Assembly: GCA_040768745.1 (NCBI GenBank)
Contig: JAXGMI010000001.1
Location: 800,001 to 864,000 of the forward strand
Length of the DNA: 64,000 nucleotides
Direction: 5' to 3'
DNA from: Desulfomicrobium sp.
Lineage (GTDB): Bacteria > Desulfobacterota > Desulfovibrionia > Desulfovibrionales > Desulfomicrobiaceae
Shown: positions 1 through 8,253 of the stretch, piece after piece
Layout of the letters: each line of letters starts with the position of its first letter
Numbering within the stretch: the stretch's first letter is position 1
The notes under the pieces: generated by a model
What the model was told of the DNA's origin: nothing
Seen by the model: the letters and a program-made list of their open reading frames with translations, nothing else
Database searches by the model: none
Translations under genes and position numbers: made by a program

Positions 1-97
1 GGTGGGCCTGCTCCTCCAGCAGGTCGCCGATGCGCTGCCTGAGGTCGTCGATCTGGGCCAGCAGACGGGCGGCTTGGGGGTGGAGTTCAAGGTGCAT
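1..97 (-). CDS. N-terminus of an uncharacterised helical/coiled-coil protein, runs off the window edge
   Basis: Read by hand: ATG at 97 with GGAG upstream gives MHLELHPQAARLLAQIDDLRQRIGDLLEEQAH..., open to base 1 with GC-rich third positions. Confidence 0.55.
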   Translation of the reverse strand, partial: MHLELHPQAARLLAQIDDLRQRIGDLLEEQAH

Positions 98-108
98 GGC
101 GGTTTGGG

Positions 109-216
109 CTAGGCTCCGTGCTCGGGACTTTTTGTTGAGTCCAGGTACAGGGTGTCGGCCAGGATGTACGGCCCGGCGGACAGCCAGCAGATTTTCGGTT
201 TTCCAGCGCGGATCAT
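109..216 (-). CDS. Possible 35-aa peptide (MIRAGKPKICWLSAGPYILADTLYLDSTKSPEHGA)
   Basis: Strong AGGAGGT RBS overlapping the stop of the 62-aa ORF; no recognisable homology. Confidence 0.3.
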   Translation of the reverse strand: MIRAGKPKICWLSAGPYILADTLYLDSTKSPEHGA

Positions 217-226
217 AGGATACCTC

Positions 227-415
227 CTACTTCAGACCGCCCAAGAGCGTGGTCACCACGGCCCAGCCCACGAACTCGGCCACCATGATCACAGGCAGGA
301 GCATAATCGCGCCGACGAGCCAGCCAAAGCGGTCCGGCACCATGGGCGCAATCATGACGCCAAGGCCGATGGCCGCGCCAATATCTGACTGGTCGTATCT
401 TTTGCGGTGGCGCAT
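227..415 (-). CDS. Small hypothetical membrane protein (62 aa)
   Basis: GGAGGG RBS before ATG; basic N-terminus followed by hydrophobic segments. Confidence 0.5.
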   Translation of the reverse strand: MRHRKRYDQSDIGAAIGLGVMIAPMVPDRFGWLVGAIMLLPVIMVAEFVGWAVVTTLLGGLK

Positions 416-484
416 GGCGACAACCCTCCGTCAGTTCCGGACATACATTCCAACAGGGAGGCCGCCAAGGGTTGGGTGAGGGCT

Positions 485-535
485 GGATTGCCACGGCCGA
501 AGCGGCCCACGCAGAGCCTGGCTTCTCGCAATGAC
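485..535. repeat. Half-unit of a GATTGCCACG...CTCGCAATGAC palindromic interspersed repeat
   Basis: GGATTGCCACG at 485-495 and CTCGCAATGAC at 525-535 form an imperfect hairpin resembling GTCATTGCGAG-type bacterial palindromic repeats. Confidence 0.45.
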
Positions 536-634
536 GAAATCATAAACAGCAATGTCAAAGAAATGCGCTCCTCAGCAGCCACATAATCGCGACGCGGAAA
601 ATGCAGTGCGTCACGGCGCGGCGTTATGCATCGC

Positions 635-662
635 GTGGGGACGATAAATTTTTCGCCCCCAC
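635..662. repeat. REP-like palindrome, possibly also the hicAB terminator
   Basis: GTGGGGACGATAAATTTTTCGCCCCCAC, an imperfect inverted repeat similar to GTAGGGGCG...CGCCCCTAC REP units, just past the hicB stop. Confidence 0.45.
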
Positions 663-668
663 AATTTT

Positions 669-1007
669 TCATGTGTGGGCCACGGCGTCGCGAACAGCCT
701 CGGCAATGAACTGGTTCAGGCTCTTGCCGTTGGCCGCCGCCGCGATGCTGGCTTGGCGGTAGGTCTGCTGGTCCAGGCGCAGGGCGAATTTGCCCTTGGC
801 CTTGCGGGGTTCGATGCCGCGCGCGGCACATTCGTCCAAAAACACCTTGAGCGACACCGCGCCTTCACGCTTCAGCCCGTCCAGGTCCGTGGCATAGAAG
901 TCGGCCCCGCCGTTCAGATCGACAAATTCGCCCCGAAACATTTCTAATTGAGGGTCAAAGGTGATGACCGCGGCATACCCGCCGGGAAATTCCAGTACGT
1001 TCTTCAT
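669..1007 (-). CDS. hicB: HicB family antitoxin
   Basis: MKNVLEF...YAAVITFD...FRGEFVDLNGGADFYA...; C-terminal RHH-like GKFALRLD...SLNQFI; ATGA overlap with the hicA stop. Confidence 0.93.
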   Translation of the reverse strand: MKNVLEFPGGYAAVITFDPQLEMFRGEFVDLNGGADFYATDLDGLKREGAVSLKVFLDECAARGIEPRKAKGKFALRLDQQTYRQASIAAAANGKSLNQFIAEAVRDAVAHT

Positions 1008-1258
1008 GGCTTCACTCCATTTATTTCCAACCACTTGCGGATGCTGGCCATGGCGCCTTTGTCCGTGTCCGGCGACGGATGCGGACGATGAAAGACCCGG
1101 ACCTCGCCAAAGAGAAACACGCTGATGCGCGACCCTTCCCGCTCCGCGACCTCGGCGCCCAATTCCAAGAACAAAGCCTCGATGTCCGCCCATTTGACGC
1201 CGCCTGGAGTTGGCCGGTCGAAGATCCGGCGGAGCGTGGCTTCGTGTTTGCGTTTCAT
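1004..1258 (-). CDS. hicA: HicA family toxin (HRPHP type)
   Basis: 84 aa, W.DIE.L...LG...EREGSR...FHRPHP motif, directly upstream of hicB. Confidence 0.93.
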   Translation of the reverse strand: MKRKHEATLRRIFDRPTPGGVKWADIEALFLELGAEVAEREGSRISVFLFGEVRVFHRPHPSPDTDKGAMASIRKWLEINGVKP

Positions 1259-1292
1259 GGATTTATAATATTGTTTTTTGATATCACGTCAA
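1259..1292 (-). promoter_or_regulatory. sigma70 promoter of hicAB with a palindromic operator; probably a leaderless mRNA
   Basis: Minus strand TTGACG-N16-TATTAT, only 6 nt before the hicA ATG; palindrome TGATATCA (1279-1286) in the spacer. Confidence 0.6.
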
Positions 1293-1525
1293 GGCCATGG
1301 GCGCGAAATGGATTGATATGTTGCGCAGCTACCCCAAATACCCCCGCTCGCCCTGGCGGATCAGGCCGCGGGCATGGGCGGCAGGCCCAGGGCGGCGATG
1401 AGTTCGGTCAGGAAACGCTGGCTGTTGGCCGCTCGTATCCGTGTGAATCGCTCCAACGTGTGATGAATTCTCCCATGGCGGCCATATTCCCTCCCTGCAA
1501 TGGGACGTCTTAACGCGAGCAACGG

Positions 1526-1559
1526 GGAAACAAAAGGGGCTGACCGTAGGCGGTCAGCC
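1526..1559 (-). terminator. Hairpin with a U-rich tail on the minus strand
   Basis: GGCTGACCG-TAGG-CGGTCAGCC (1538-1559), followed on the minus strand by CCTTTTGTTT. Confidence 0.4.
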
Positions 1560-1582
1560 TGCCTTCCTGCTGGACTCCTTGG

Positions 1583-1611
1583 GTGACGAACGCCTTGGAT
1601 CAGGATATAAT
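1583..1611 (+). promoter_or_regulatory. Candidate sigma70 promoter of the P-type ATPase operon
   Basis: GTGACG-N17-TATAAT. Confidence 0.5.
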
Positions 1612-1661
1612 GAAACTGTGTGAAATCCGGTATTCCCCCACGAACCCGGGCCACAGCGCCG

Positions 1662-4487
1662 ATGGTCCACATGGCTGATGCACCTGTCCTCCACGCCCCG
1701 ACACCGGTCGAGACCCTGGCCCCGTCGGAGGTCTTTGCCGCGCTGCGCACCACCCCCCAGGGGTTGAGTTGGGAGGAGGCCGCCGTACGTCTGGCGCGCC
1801 ATGGCCCCAACGTCATCAGGGTTGTCAAAAGGACATCCCTGCTGCTCAAATTTCTGGCCAACTTCATCCACCTCATGGCCTTGCTGCTCTGGGCCGCCGG
1901 GACCGTGGCCTTGGTGGCGCGCATGCCACAACTGGCCGTTTCCATCTGGGCCGTGAACATCATCAACGGCGCCTTCAGCTTCTGGCAGGAATTCAAGGCC
2001 GAAAAAGCCACCGAGGCCATGCGCCGCATGCTCCCGGAACATGCCAGCCTGTTGCGCCAGGGAGTCACGCAGCGGGTGGAGGCCCGCACCCTGGTGCCGG
2101 GCGACCTCATCCTGCTTGCCGAGGGGGACCGCATCTGTGCCGACGCCAGGCTGGTGACCTCGGCCGCCCTGCGCGTGGACCAGTCCACCTTGACCGGGGA
2201 ATCCCTGCACGTGCCCAAGGCCCATGATCCCATTCCGGGCCAGGGCCTGACCCGCCTCGAAATCCCCAACCTCGTCTTTGCCGGGACAAGCGTCATCTCC
2301 GGAACGGGCCAGGCCGTCGTCCTGGCCACGGGCATGGAGACCGAATTCGGCCGGATAGCGGGATTCACCCAACGCCTGGGGGATGATCTCAGCCCGCTGC
2401 AGAGGGAAATGCAGCGGGCCACCAAGCTGGTCACGGTCATCGCTGTCTGCGCCGGGCTGGCTTTCTTCGTGCTGGCCGCCACCGTGGCGGGCGTCAACCT
2501 GGCCGAGAGTTTCATCTTCGGCATGGGCATGGTTGTCGCCTTTGTGCCCGAGGGCCTGCTTCCCACCGTGACCCTTTCCCTGGCCATGGGCGTGCAACGC
2601 ATGGCCAGACGACATGCCCTCATCAAACGTCTTTCGGCGGTGGAAACCCTGGGCTGTACCTCGGTCATCTGCACGGACAAGACCGGAACCCTGACCCAGA
2701 ATGAAATGACCGTGCGACACATCTGGATGGCCGGATGTTCCCTGAACGTCACCGGCACGGGATACGTCCCGGAAGGAGGCATCCTGGACAACGGCCGCGA
2801 CCTGACGGACTCCTGCGCCGACGACGTGCGCCACCTCCTGCTTTCCGCAGGTCTGTGCTGCAACGCCCGGCTGCTCCCTCCGGACGCGGAACGGCCCGGT
2901 TGGACCGTTGTCGGCGACCCGACCGAAGGGGCCCTGCGCGTCCTGGCCCTCAAGGCCGGCCTCGACCTGGAGGCGGAGGAGCGGCAGGCCCCCAGACTCA
3001 AAGAACTGCCCTTTGACTCCCGGCGCAAGCGCATGGGCACCGTGCATGCGGCTCAAGGGCAGACGACTGTGCACGTCAAGGGCGCCCCCAAGGAAGTGCT
3101 GGCCCTGTGCACCCGGATTTTCGGGTCCGGGGCGGACCAGCCGCTGGACGAGACCACGCGGGAGCGGATCATGGCCGCCAACGACGGCTACGCGCGCAGC
3201 GGGATGCGTGTTCTGGCCGTGGCCCGGCGGGTCATCGCGTCTGGCGGCGCGGCGACCAAAGCGGATCCGTCCCGAGACCTCCCGGAATCCCTGGAACAGG
3301 ACCTGACCTTCCTGGGACTCTTGGCCATGCTGGATCCACCCAGACCTGAGGTGCACGCTGCCGTGGAAACATGCCGCCGGGCAGGAATCCGCATCATCAT
3401 GATCACCGGGGACTACGGCCTGACAGCCGAAAGCATCGCCCGCCGCATCGGCATCATCGACGGCCCGCATGCTCATATCGTGAGTGGTGCCGATCTCGAC
3501 GCCATGAGCGACGAAACCCTGCTGCAGATGCTGGGCGGGGAGGTCATTTTCGCCCGTGTCGCTCCCGAGCACAAACTGCGCATCGTCACGGCATTGCAGC
3601 ACCTGGGCCACGTCGTGGCCGTGACCGGGGACGGGGTCAACGACGCCCCGGCCCTCAAGAAGGCGGACATCGGCGTGGCCATGGGCGTTTCCGGAACCGA
3701 CGTGGCCAAGGAAGCCGCGGAGATGATCCTCACCGACGACAACTTCGCCTCCATCGTCAGCGCCATCGAGGAAGGTCGGGCCGTCTATGCCAACATCAAG
3801 AAGTTCACCACCTACATCTTCACCAGTAACGTGCCCGAAGCAGTGCCCTTCATCCTTTTCGCCCTGAGTGGCACGCGCATCCCCCTGGCCCTGGGCGTCA
3901 TGCACATCCTGGCCATCGACCTAGGCACGGACCTCTTGCCCGCCCTCGGGCTGGGTGCGGAAAAAGCCGAGCCCGGCCTGATGGACAAGCCTCCCCGGGG
4001 CCTGAATGAACACGTCATCACGCCCTCCCTGCTGACCCGGGCCTACCTGTTCCTCGGGCCATTGCAGAGCTTGGCCGTCATGGCGGCCTTCTACTTCCAG
4101 TACTGGACGCATGGACATTGGGGGCAATGGCTGGATCTGCCCGCTGCCGGATCCTTGTACGAATCCGCCACAGCCATGGCCCTGGCCTGTGTGGTCACCA
4201 CGCAGATCGGCAACCTTTTCGCCCAACGCACGGAACTGGTTTCGGCCTTCCGGCCCGGCCTGTTCGACAATCGGCTGCTGTGGGCGGGGATTCTGGCTGA
4301 GCTGGCCGTCATCCTAGCCATCGTCTATGTGCCTCCGGTGCAACGGGTCATCGGCACCCAGGCCTTTCCCCCTTCCAACTGGCTTTTTCTCTTTGCCTGG
4401 GCCCCCCTTCTCTTCGCCGCTGACGAGGTCAGGAAATTCCAGCTGCGCATCAAAAAACACACGCGACGCCCCGGAGGTGTCCCATGA
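1662..4487 (+). CDS. Cation-transporting P-type ATPase with Na+/K+-ATPase-like (P2C) transmembrane signatures; start uncertain (1620/1662/1671)
   Basis: TGES, DKTGTLT, KGAP, TGD and GDGVND motifs; TM4 VAFVPEGLLPTV, TM5 FTSNVPE, TM6 IDLGTD. Confidence 0.95.
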   Translation: MVHMADAPVLHAPTPVETLAPSEVFAALRTTPQGLSWEEAAVRLARHGPNVIRVVKRTSLLLKFLANFIHLMALLLWAAGTVALVARMPQLAVSIWAVNIINGAFSFWQEFKAEKATEAMRRMLPEHASLLRQGVTQRVEARTLVPGDLILLAEGDRICADARLVTSAALRVDQSTLTGESLHVPKAHDPIPGQGLTRLEIPNLVFAGTSVISGTGQAVVLATGMETEFGRIAGFTQRLGDDLSPLQREMQRATKLVTVIAVCAGLAFFVLAATVAGVNLAESFIFGMGMVVAFVPEGLLPTVTLSLAMGVQRMARRHALIKRLSAVETLGCTSVICTDKTGTLTQNEMTVRHIWMAGCSLNVTGTGYVPEGGILDNGRDLTDSCADDVRHLLLSAGLCCNARLLPPDAERPGWTVVGDPTEGALRVLALKAGLDLEAEERQAPRLKELPFDSRRKRMGTVHAAQGQTTVHVKGAPKEVLALCTRIFGSGADQPLDETTRERIMAANDGYARSGMRVLAVARRVIASGGAATKADPSRDLPESLEQDLTFLGLLAMLDPPRPEVHAAVETCRRAGIRIIMITGDYGLTAESIARRIGIIDGPHAHIVSGADLDAMSDETLLQMLGGEVIFARVAPEHKLRIVTALQHLGHVVAVTGDGVNDAPALKKADIGVAMGVSGTDVAKEAAEMILTDDNFASIVSAIEEGRAVYANIKKFTTYIFTSNVPEAVPFILFALSGTRIPLALGVMHILAIDLGTDLLPALGLGAEKAEPGLMDKPPRGLNEHVITPSLLTRAYLFLGPLQSLAVMAAFYFQYWTHGHWGQWLDLPAAGSLYESATAMALACVVTTQIGNLFAQRTELVSAFRPGLFDNRLLWAGILAELAVILAIVYVPPVQRVIGTQAFPPSNWLFLFAWAPLLFAADEVRKFQLRIKKHTRRPGGVP

Positions 4488-5134
4488 ACTATGTCATTAT
4501 CGGCTGTGGCTCTTTGGGGGCGGAGCTGGCCCTGGCCCTACGCCGCGGCGGACACGCCATGGTTCTGGTCGACAAGGATCAGGAGACCCTGCACCAAGTG
4601 GACCCGTCTCTGCGCGGAGTCGCCATCGTGGGCAGCGGGTTGGATCGCCAAATCCTGATTCAGGCCGGCATCGAACAGGCCGATGGGCTGGCTGCCGTGA
4701 CCAGCTGCGACGAGACGAACGTGATCCTGGCCCGCCTGGCCCGGCATGTCTTTCATGTTCCCCGGGTCGTGGCCCGCCTCCATGACCCCCGCAAGGCGGA
4801 ACTTTACCGCAGGCTCGGCATCCAGAGCGCGGCCCCCCTGGACTGGGCCGCCAAACGTCTGGCGGACCTGCTCTCCTATTCGGAGGTGGACGCCATGATG
4901 AGCCTGGGCAACGGGCAGGTGGAAATCGTGCGGGTGGAGGTTTCCCCGCTCATGGAAGGACGCAAGGTGGGCAGCATCGCCATTCCCGGTGAAATCCAGG
5001 TCGTGGCCCTCAGCCGCAGGGGGAAAACCATGCTTCCCTCTCCGGAAACCACTTTCCAGCGGAACGACTCCGTGCACCTGGCCGTGGCGGCCGAATCCTC
5101 GGAACGTCTGCGCGCGCTTCTGGACCTGGGATAA
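4484..5134 (+). CDS. trkA: TrkA/KTN (RCK_N + RCK_C) potassium-transport regulator
   Basis: IIGCGSLG Rossmann motif, AGIEQAD, D..N, RCK_C tail; ATGA overlap with the ATPase stop. Confidence 0.9.
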   Translation: MNYVIIGCGSLGAELALALRRGGHAMVLVDKDQETLHQVDPSLRGVAIVGSGLDRQILIQAGIEQADGLAAVTSCDETNVILARLARHVFHVPRVVARLHDPRKAELYRRLGIQSAAPLDWAAKRLADLLSYSEVDAMMSLGNGQVEIVRVEVSPLMEGRKVGSIAIPGEIQVVALSRRGKTMLPSPETTFQRNDSVHLAVAAESSERLRALLDLG

Positions 5135-5145
5135 GGAGAGCAGTC

Positions 5146-5820
5146 ATGAACGTGATCATCGTGGGCGGAGGAAAGGTTGGGACGCATCTCGCCAGTCTGC
5201 TGCTGGACGAAGGGCATCAGGTCAAGGTGATCGAATCCCATCCCCAGGAGCTGCGTGTCCTGCACAAGGTTCTTCCGGCCGGGGTGGTCATCCCCGGCAG
5301 CGGAACAGACCCCCTTGTGCTGGAGGCGACGGGGATCCGGGAGGCAGACGTCATGGCCGCCGTGACCGGCACGGATGTGTCGAATCTCGTGGCAACGAGC
5401 CTGGCCCGGTTCGAATTCGGCGTCCCCCGCACCATTGCCCGGGTCAAGGACCCCCAGAACGGATGGATGTTCACCCCGGACATGGGCGTGGATGTGGCCG
5501 TCAATCAGGCCGGAATCATGGCCCAGCTCATCGCGGAGGAAATGTCCCTGGGAAACATGATGACCCTGTTCAAGCTCTGCAAGGGTCAGTACTCCCTGGT
5601 GGAAGAACAGGTGCATCCGACAGCGCCGGCCGCTGGCAGTAAGATCATGGACCTGCGCTTTCCGGCCGAATGCATCCTGGCCGGAGTGCTTCGCCAGGGC
5701 CGGCTGATCATCCCGCACGGGGACACGGTGCTGCTGCCCGGAGACGAGGTCCTGGCCGTGGTGCACGCCTCCCAGGCAGGGACGCTGGCGCTGATGCTCG
5801 GGGCCAAGGCGGACAGGTGA
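5146..5820 (+). CDS. trkA: Second TrkA/KTN (RCK) protein
   Basis: IVGGGKVG, AVTGTD..NL, RCK_C motif IIPHGDTVLLPGDEVL; AAGGAG RBS. Confidence 0.9.
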   Translation: MNVIIVGGGKVGTHLASLLLDEGHQVKVIESHPQELRVLHKVLPAGVVIPGSGTDPLVLEATGIREADVMAAVTGTDVSNLVATSLARFEFGVPRTIARVKDPQNGWMFTPDMGVDVAVNQAGIMAQLIAEEMSLGNMMTLFKLCKGQYSLVEEQVHPTAPAAGSKIMDLRFPAECILAGVLRQGRLIIPHGDTVLLPGDEVLAVVHASQAGTLALMLGAKADR

Positions 5821-5980
5821 CCGTCTCGTTTCAATCCATGCATCCACCCTCTGCCGGCAGATTCCGGATTGACGTCCTGCATTGCCAGAACCTGGCTTTT
5901 ACGACAGACATCCAAGAAAACCACCCATACACCCCTGCCCATGGCCCTGTCCTGGGCAAGATCCCGGAGGGAGAACCGAC

Positions 5981-7219
5981 ATGCAGCGATTTGTTGACGT
6001 GAAGATCCTCAAAATCTTGGTTGGCGAAGCGACCCAGCACCAGGGCAGACCCCTCTACGAGGCCATCGTGTCCGAGGCCCGGCAGAGGGGCATGGCCGGG
6101 GCATCCGTGGCCAGGGGCTTCATGGGCTTCGGGGCCAGCACCCTTCTGCACACGGCCAAGATCCTGCGCCTGGCCGAGGATCTGCCCATCATGGTCGAAA
6201 TCGTGGACACTCCCGCGCGCATGGCTGACTTCCTGCCTGTGGTGGAGGCCATGGTCGAGGAGGGGAGCATCGTGGTCCAGGACGGGCAGGCCATCTTTCA
6301 CCTGCCCCTGCGCATCCGTGACGTCATGACCGGAAACGTCGCCACCGTGCATGCCGCCACCCCCCTTCCCGCCGTGGTGGACCTGCTCCTGAACCGGGAA
6401 GTCAAGGCCGTACCGGTCATGGATGGCAATCATGTCGTGGGCATCATCACCGGAGGCGACCTGCTCTCCCGGGCCAAGATGCCCCTGCGCCTGGACATGC
6501 AGACCCAGCTTCCCTCGGACCTGCGCCAAGCCCAGTCGCAATGCCCCGAATTTTCCGGATTGACGGCCAAGGATGTCATGACCTCTCCGGCCCGCACCCT
6601 GAACATCAAAACCACTGTCCTCGACGCCCTGAAAATCATGGCCAGGCAGAACATCAAGCGCCTGCCCGTGACCGCCGACGATGGCACCCTGCTCGGCATC
6701 GTCAGTCGCACCGACGTGCTGGCGGCCATTGCCAGGGCCTCCGCAGTGGCCGAGCGCCTGGAAATTCTCCCCTCGGGCGTGCATGCCACAGCCAAGGACG
6801 CTCTGTTCCCAGACGTGCCCACGGCCGCACCCGAAACCCCCCTGACCAGTGTACTGGAAAAGCTTATCGCCTCCCCCTTGCGCCGGGTGGTCATCGTGGA
6901 CCAGGACAGGAAGATTCTCGGCATCGTCCATGACTGGGATCTGCTGCGGCGTTTCGTGCAACAGGAATCTCCCGACCTCGTGTCCCGGCTCATGGGGGCC
7001 CTGACCCAACGCGAAGCTGTTCCCCCGACCTTGGAGGGGTCTGCCAGGGATGTCATGGCCAGCAACGTCATCACGGCCAAGCCGGAGACCCCCCTGGCCG
7101 AAGTGATCCAGACCCTGGTGGACAGGAAGATCAAGCGCATCGTGGTGGCCGACGACGACGGCCGCCTGCTCGGCATTGTGGACCGTGACGCCGTGCTCAA
7201 GGCTTTGGCCGCGCAGTAG
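5981..7219 (+). CDS. DUF190 (PII-like) domain fused to three CBS-domain pairs
   Basis: LKILVGE...PLYEAIV...AGASV.RG.MGFG...LPI.VEIVD (DUF190), then repeated DVMT/VPV/GII CBS units; GGAGGGAG RBS. Confidence 0.88.
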   Translation: MQRFVDVKILKILVGEATQHQGRPLYEAIVSEARQRGMAGASVARGFMGFGASTLLHTAKILRLAEDLPIMVEIVDTPARMADFLPVVEAMVEEGSIVVQDGQAIFHLPLRIRDVMTGNVATVHAATPLPAVVDLLLNREVKAVPVMDGNHVVGIITGGDLLSRAKMPLRLDMQTQLPSDLRQAQSQCPEFSGLTAKDVMTSPARTLNIKTTVLDALKIMARQNIKRLPVTADDGTLLGIVSRTDVLAAIARASAVAERLEILPSGVHATAKDALFPDVPTAAPETPLTSVLEKLIASPLRRVVIVDQDRKILGIVHDWDLLRRFVQQESPDLVSRLMGALTQREAVPPTLEGSARDVMASNVITAKPETPLAEVIQTLVDRKIKRIVVADDDGRLLGIVDRDAVLKALAAQ

Positions 7220-7307
7220 CGTTCCTGCCCATCAGCCTTTCTGGACCGGGGAGTTTTCGACCATCATCCCGGCAGGGTGCCAGTGCGGCGAGTCAGGAAT
7301 ACATGGT

Positions 7308-7342
7308 CACTGACGAGAGCGCGGGTGGCGTCCTCGTCAGTG
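7308..7342. terminator. Hairpin between convergent genes
   Basis: CACTGACGAG...CTCGTCAGTG 10-bp stem, no long U tract. Confidence 0.3.
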
Positions 7343-7391
7343 TGCGAATGCATAGGCGCGTTTCAGCAGGAAAAAGGTTTTCGCCCGCTTT

Positions 7392-8252
7392 CTAAAGCGC
7401 AGCCCCCAATTCCTCCGGCGAAGCCATGACCGGCTCCAGCCCTTCTTCGCGCTCCACCAGCCTAAACCGCTCCTTGATGCGCGACAGCGATACGAGCTGA
7501 CCCTCCCGGGCCGACGGCGTGAGGAACGATTTCAGCTTCACCTCCAGCACCCTGGGGTTGAATTCGCCCTGGATGGCCTTGATTCCCTCGGTAATGATTC
7601 TTTGCAGAAGAAGCTCGTGATCCGTGTTTTCGCGAACGCGGGCCGACATGGGCAGAAGGATGAAATTGGCGATGAGCACGCCGTACAGGGTCGAAGTCAG
7701 GGCAATGGGAATAGTGGCCAGGACAACGGCGGTGTCGTCCACCCCGGACAGCATGCCAATGAGTCCTACGACGCTTCCGGCCAGCCCAATGGCCGGGCAG
7801 ATTTCGGCCATGACCCGGAGCACCCGCTCTGATTCGTCCCGACGCTGTTTGAAGAAGAACATTTCGGTGTGCAGGATGTCCTCGATCTGCGCTCTGGAAT
7901 AATTGTCCACCACCAGCCCCAAAGCCCGCCGCAGGAACATTATGGAGGTCTCCTTCTCGTCCTCGGCCAGGGTATGCAGGCCGCGGATCCTGCTCTTGAC
8001 CGAAAGATCAACCAGAACTTCCACGATCTCTGCCGGATCTTTGACTTTTGCCCGGTACACGGTGCGCACCACCCGGCATACGTGCCCGATCCTCTCCATC
8101 CTGAAACTGGCAATGGCCGCCCCCATGCCTCCGCCCAACACAACAAGGGCCCCGGCCACGTTGAAATACGCGGCCACGTTGCCGCTGCTGACAAATCCAG
8201 CGGCAAAAACGAGAATGCAAAGCAAAAGGCCGAAAAACGCTTTCCTCTCCAT
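7392..8252 (-). CDS. motA: MotA/PomA-family ion-channel (stator) subunit
   Basis: YFNVAGALVVLGG, PAIGLAGSVVGLIGML and ALTSTLYGVLIAN motifs. Confidence 0.88.
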   Translation of the reverse strand: MERKAFFGLLLCILVFAAGFVSSGNVAAYFNVAGALVVLGGGMGAAIASFRMERIGHVCRVVRTVYRAKVKDPAEIVEVLVDLSVKSRIRGLHTLAEDEKETSIMFLRRALGLVVDNYSRAQIEDILHTEMFFFKQRRDESERVLRVMAEICPAIGLAGSVVGLIGMLSGVDDTAVVLATIPIALTSTLYGVLIANFILLPMSARVRENTDHELLLQRIITEGIKAIQGEFNPRVLEVKLKSFLTPSAREGQLVSLSRIKERFRLVEREEGLEPVMASPEELGAAL

Positions 8253-8253
8253 G

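Noticed and set aside
1361..3905. Long minus-strand ORFs (559 and 783 aa) opposite the P-type ATPase, and similar long antisense ORFs opposite pgi, ubiD, purA/holB and purL
   Set aside because: Shadow frames typical of GC-rich coding DNA; no motifs, and fully overlapping well-supported genes.
7308..7342. Hammerhead ribozyme (CTGACGA motif)
   Set aside because: No GAAA after stem II on either strand; a plain inverted repeat.
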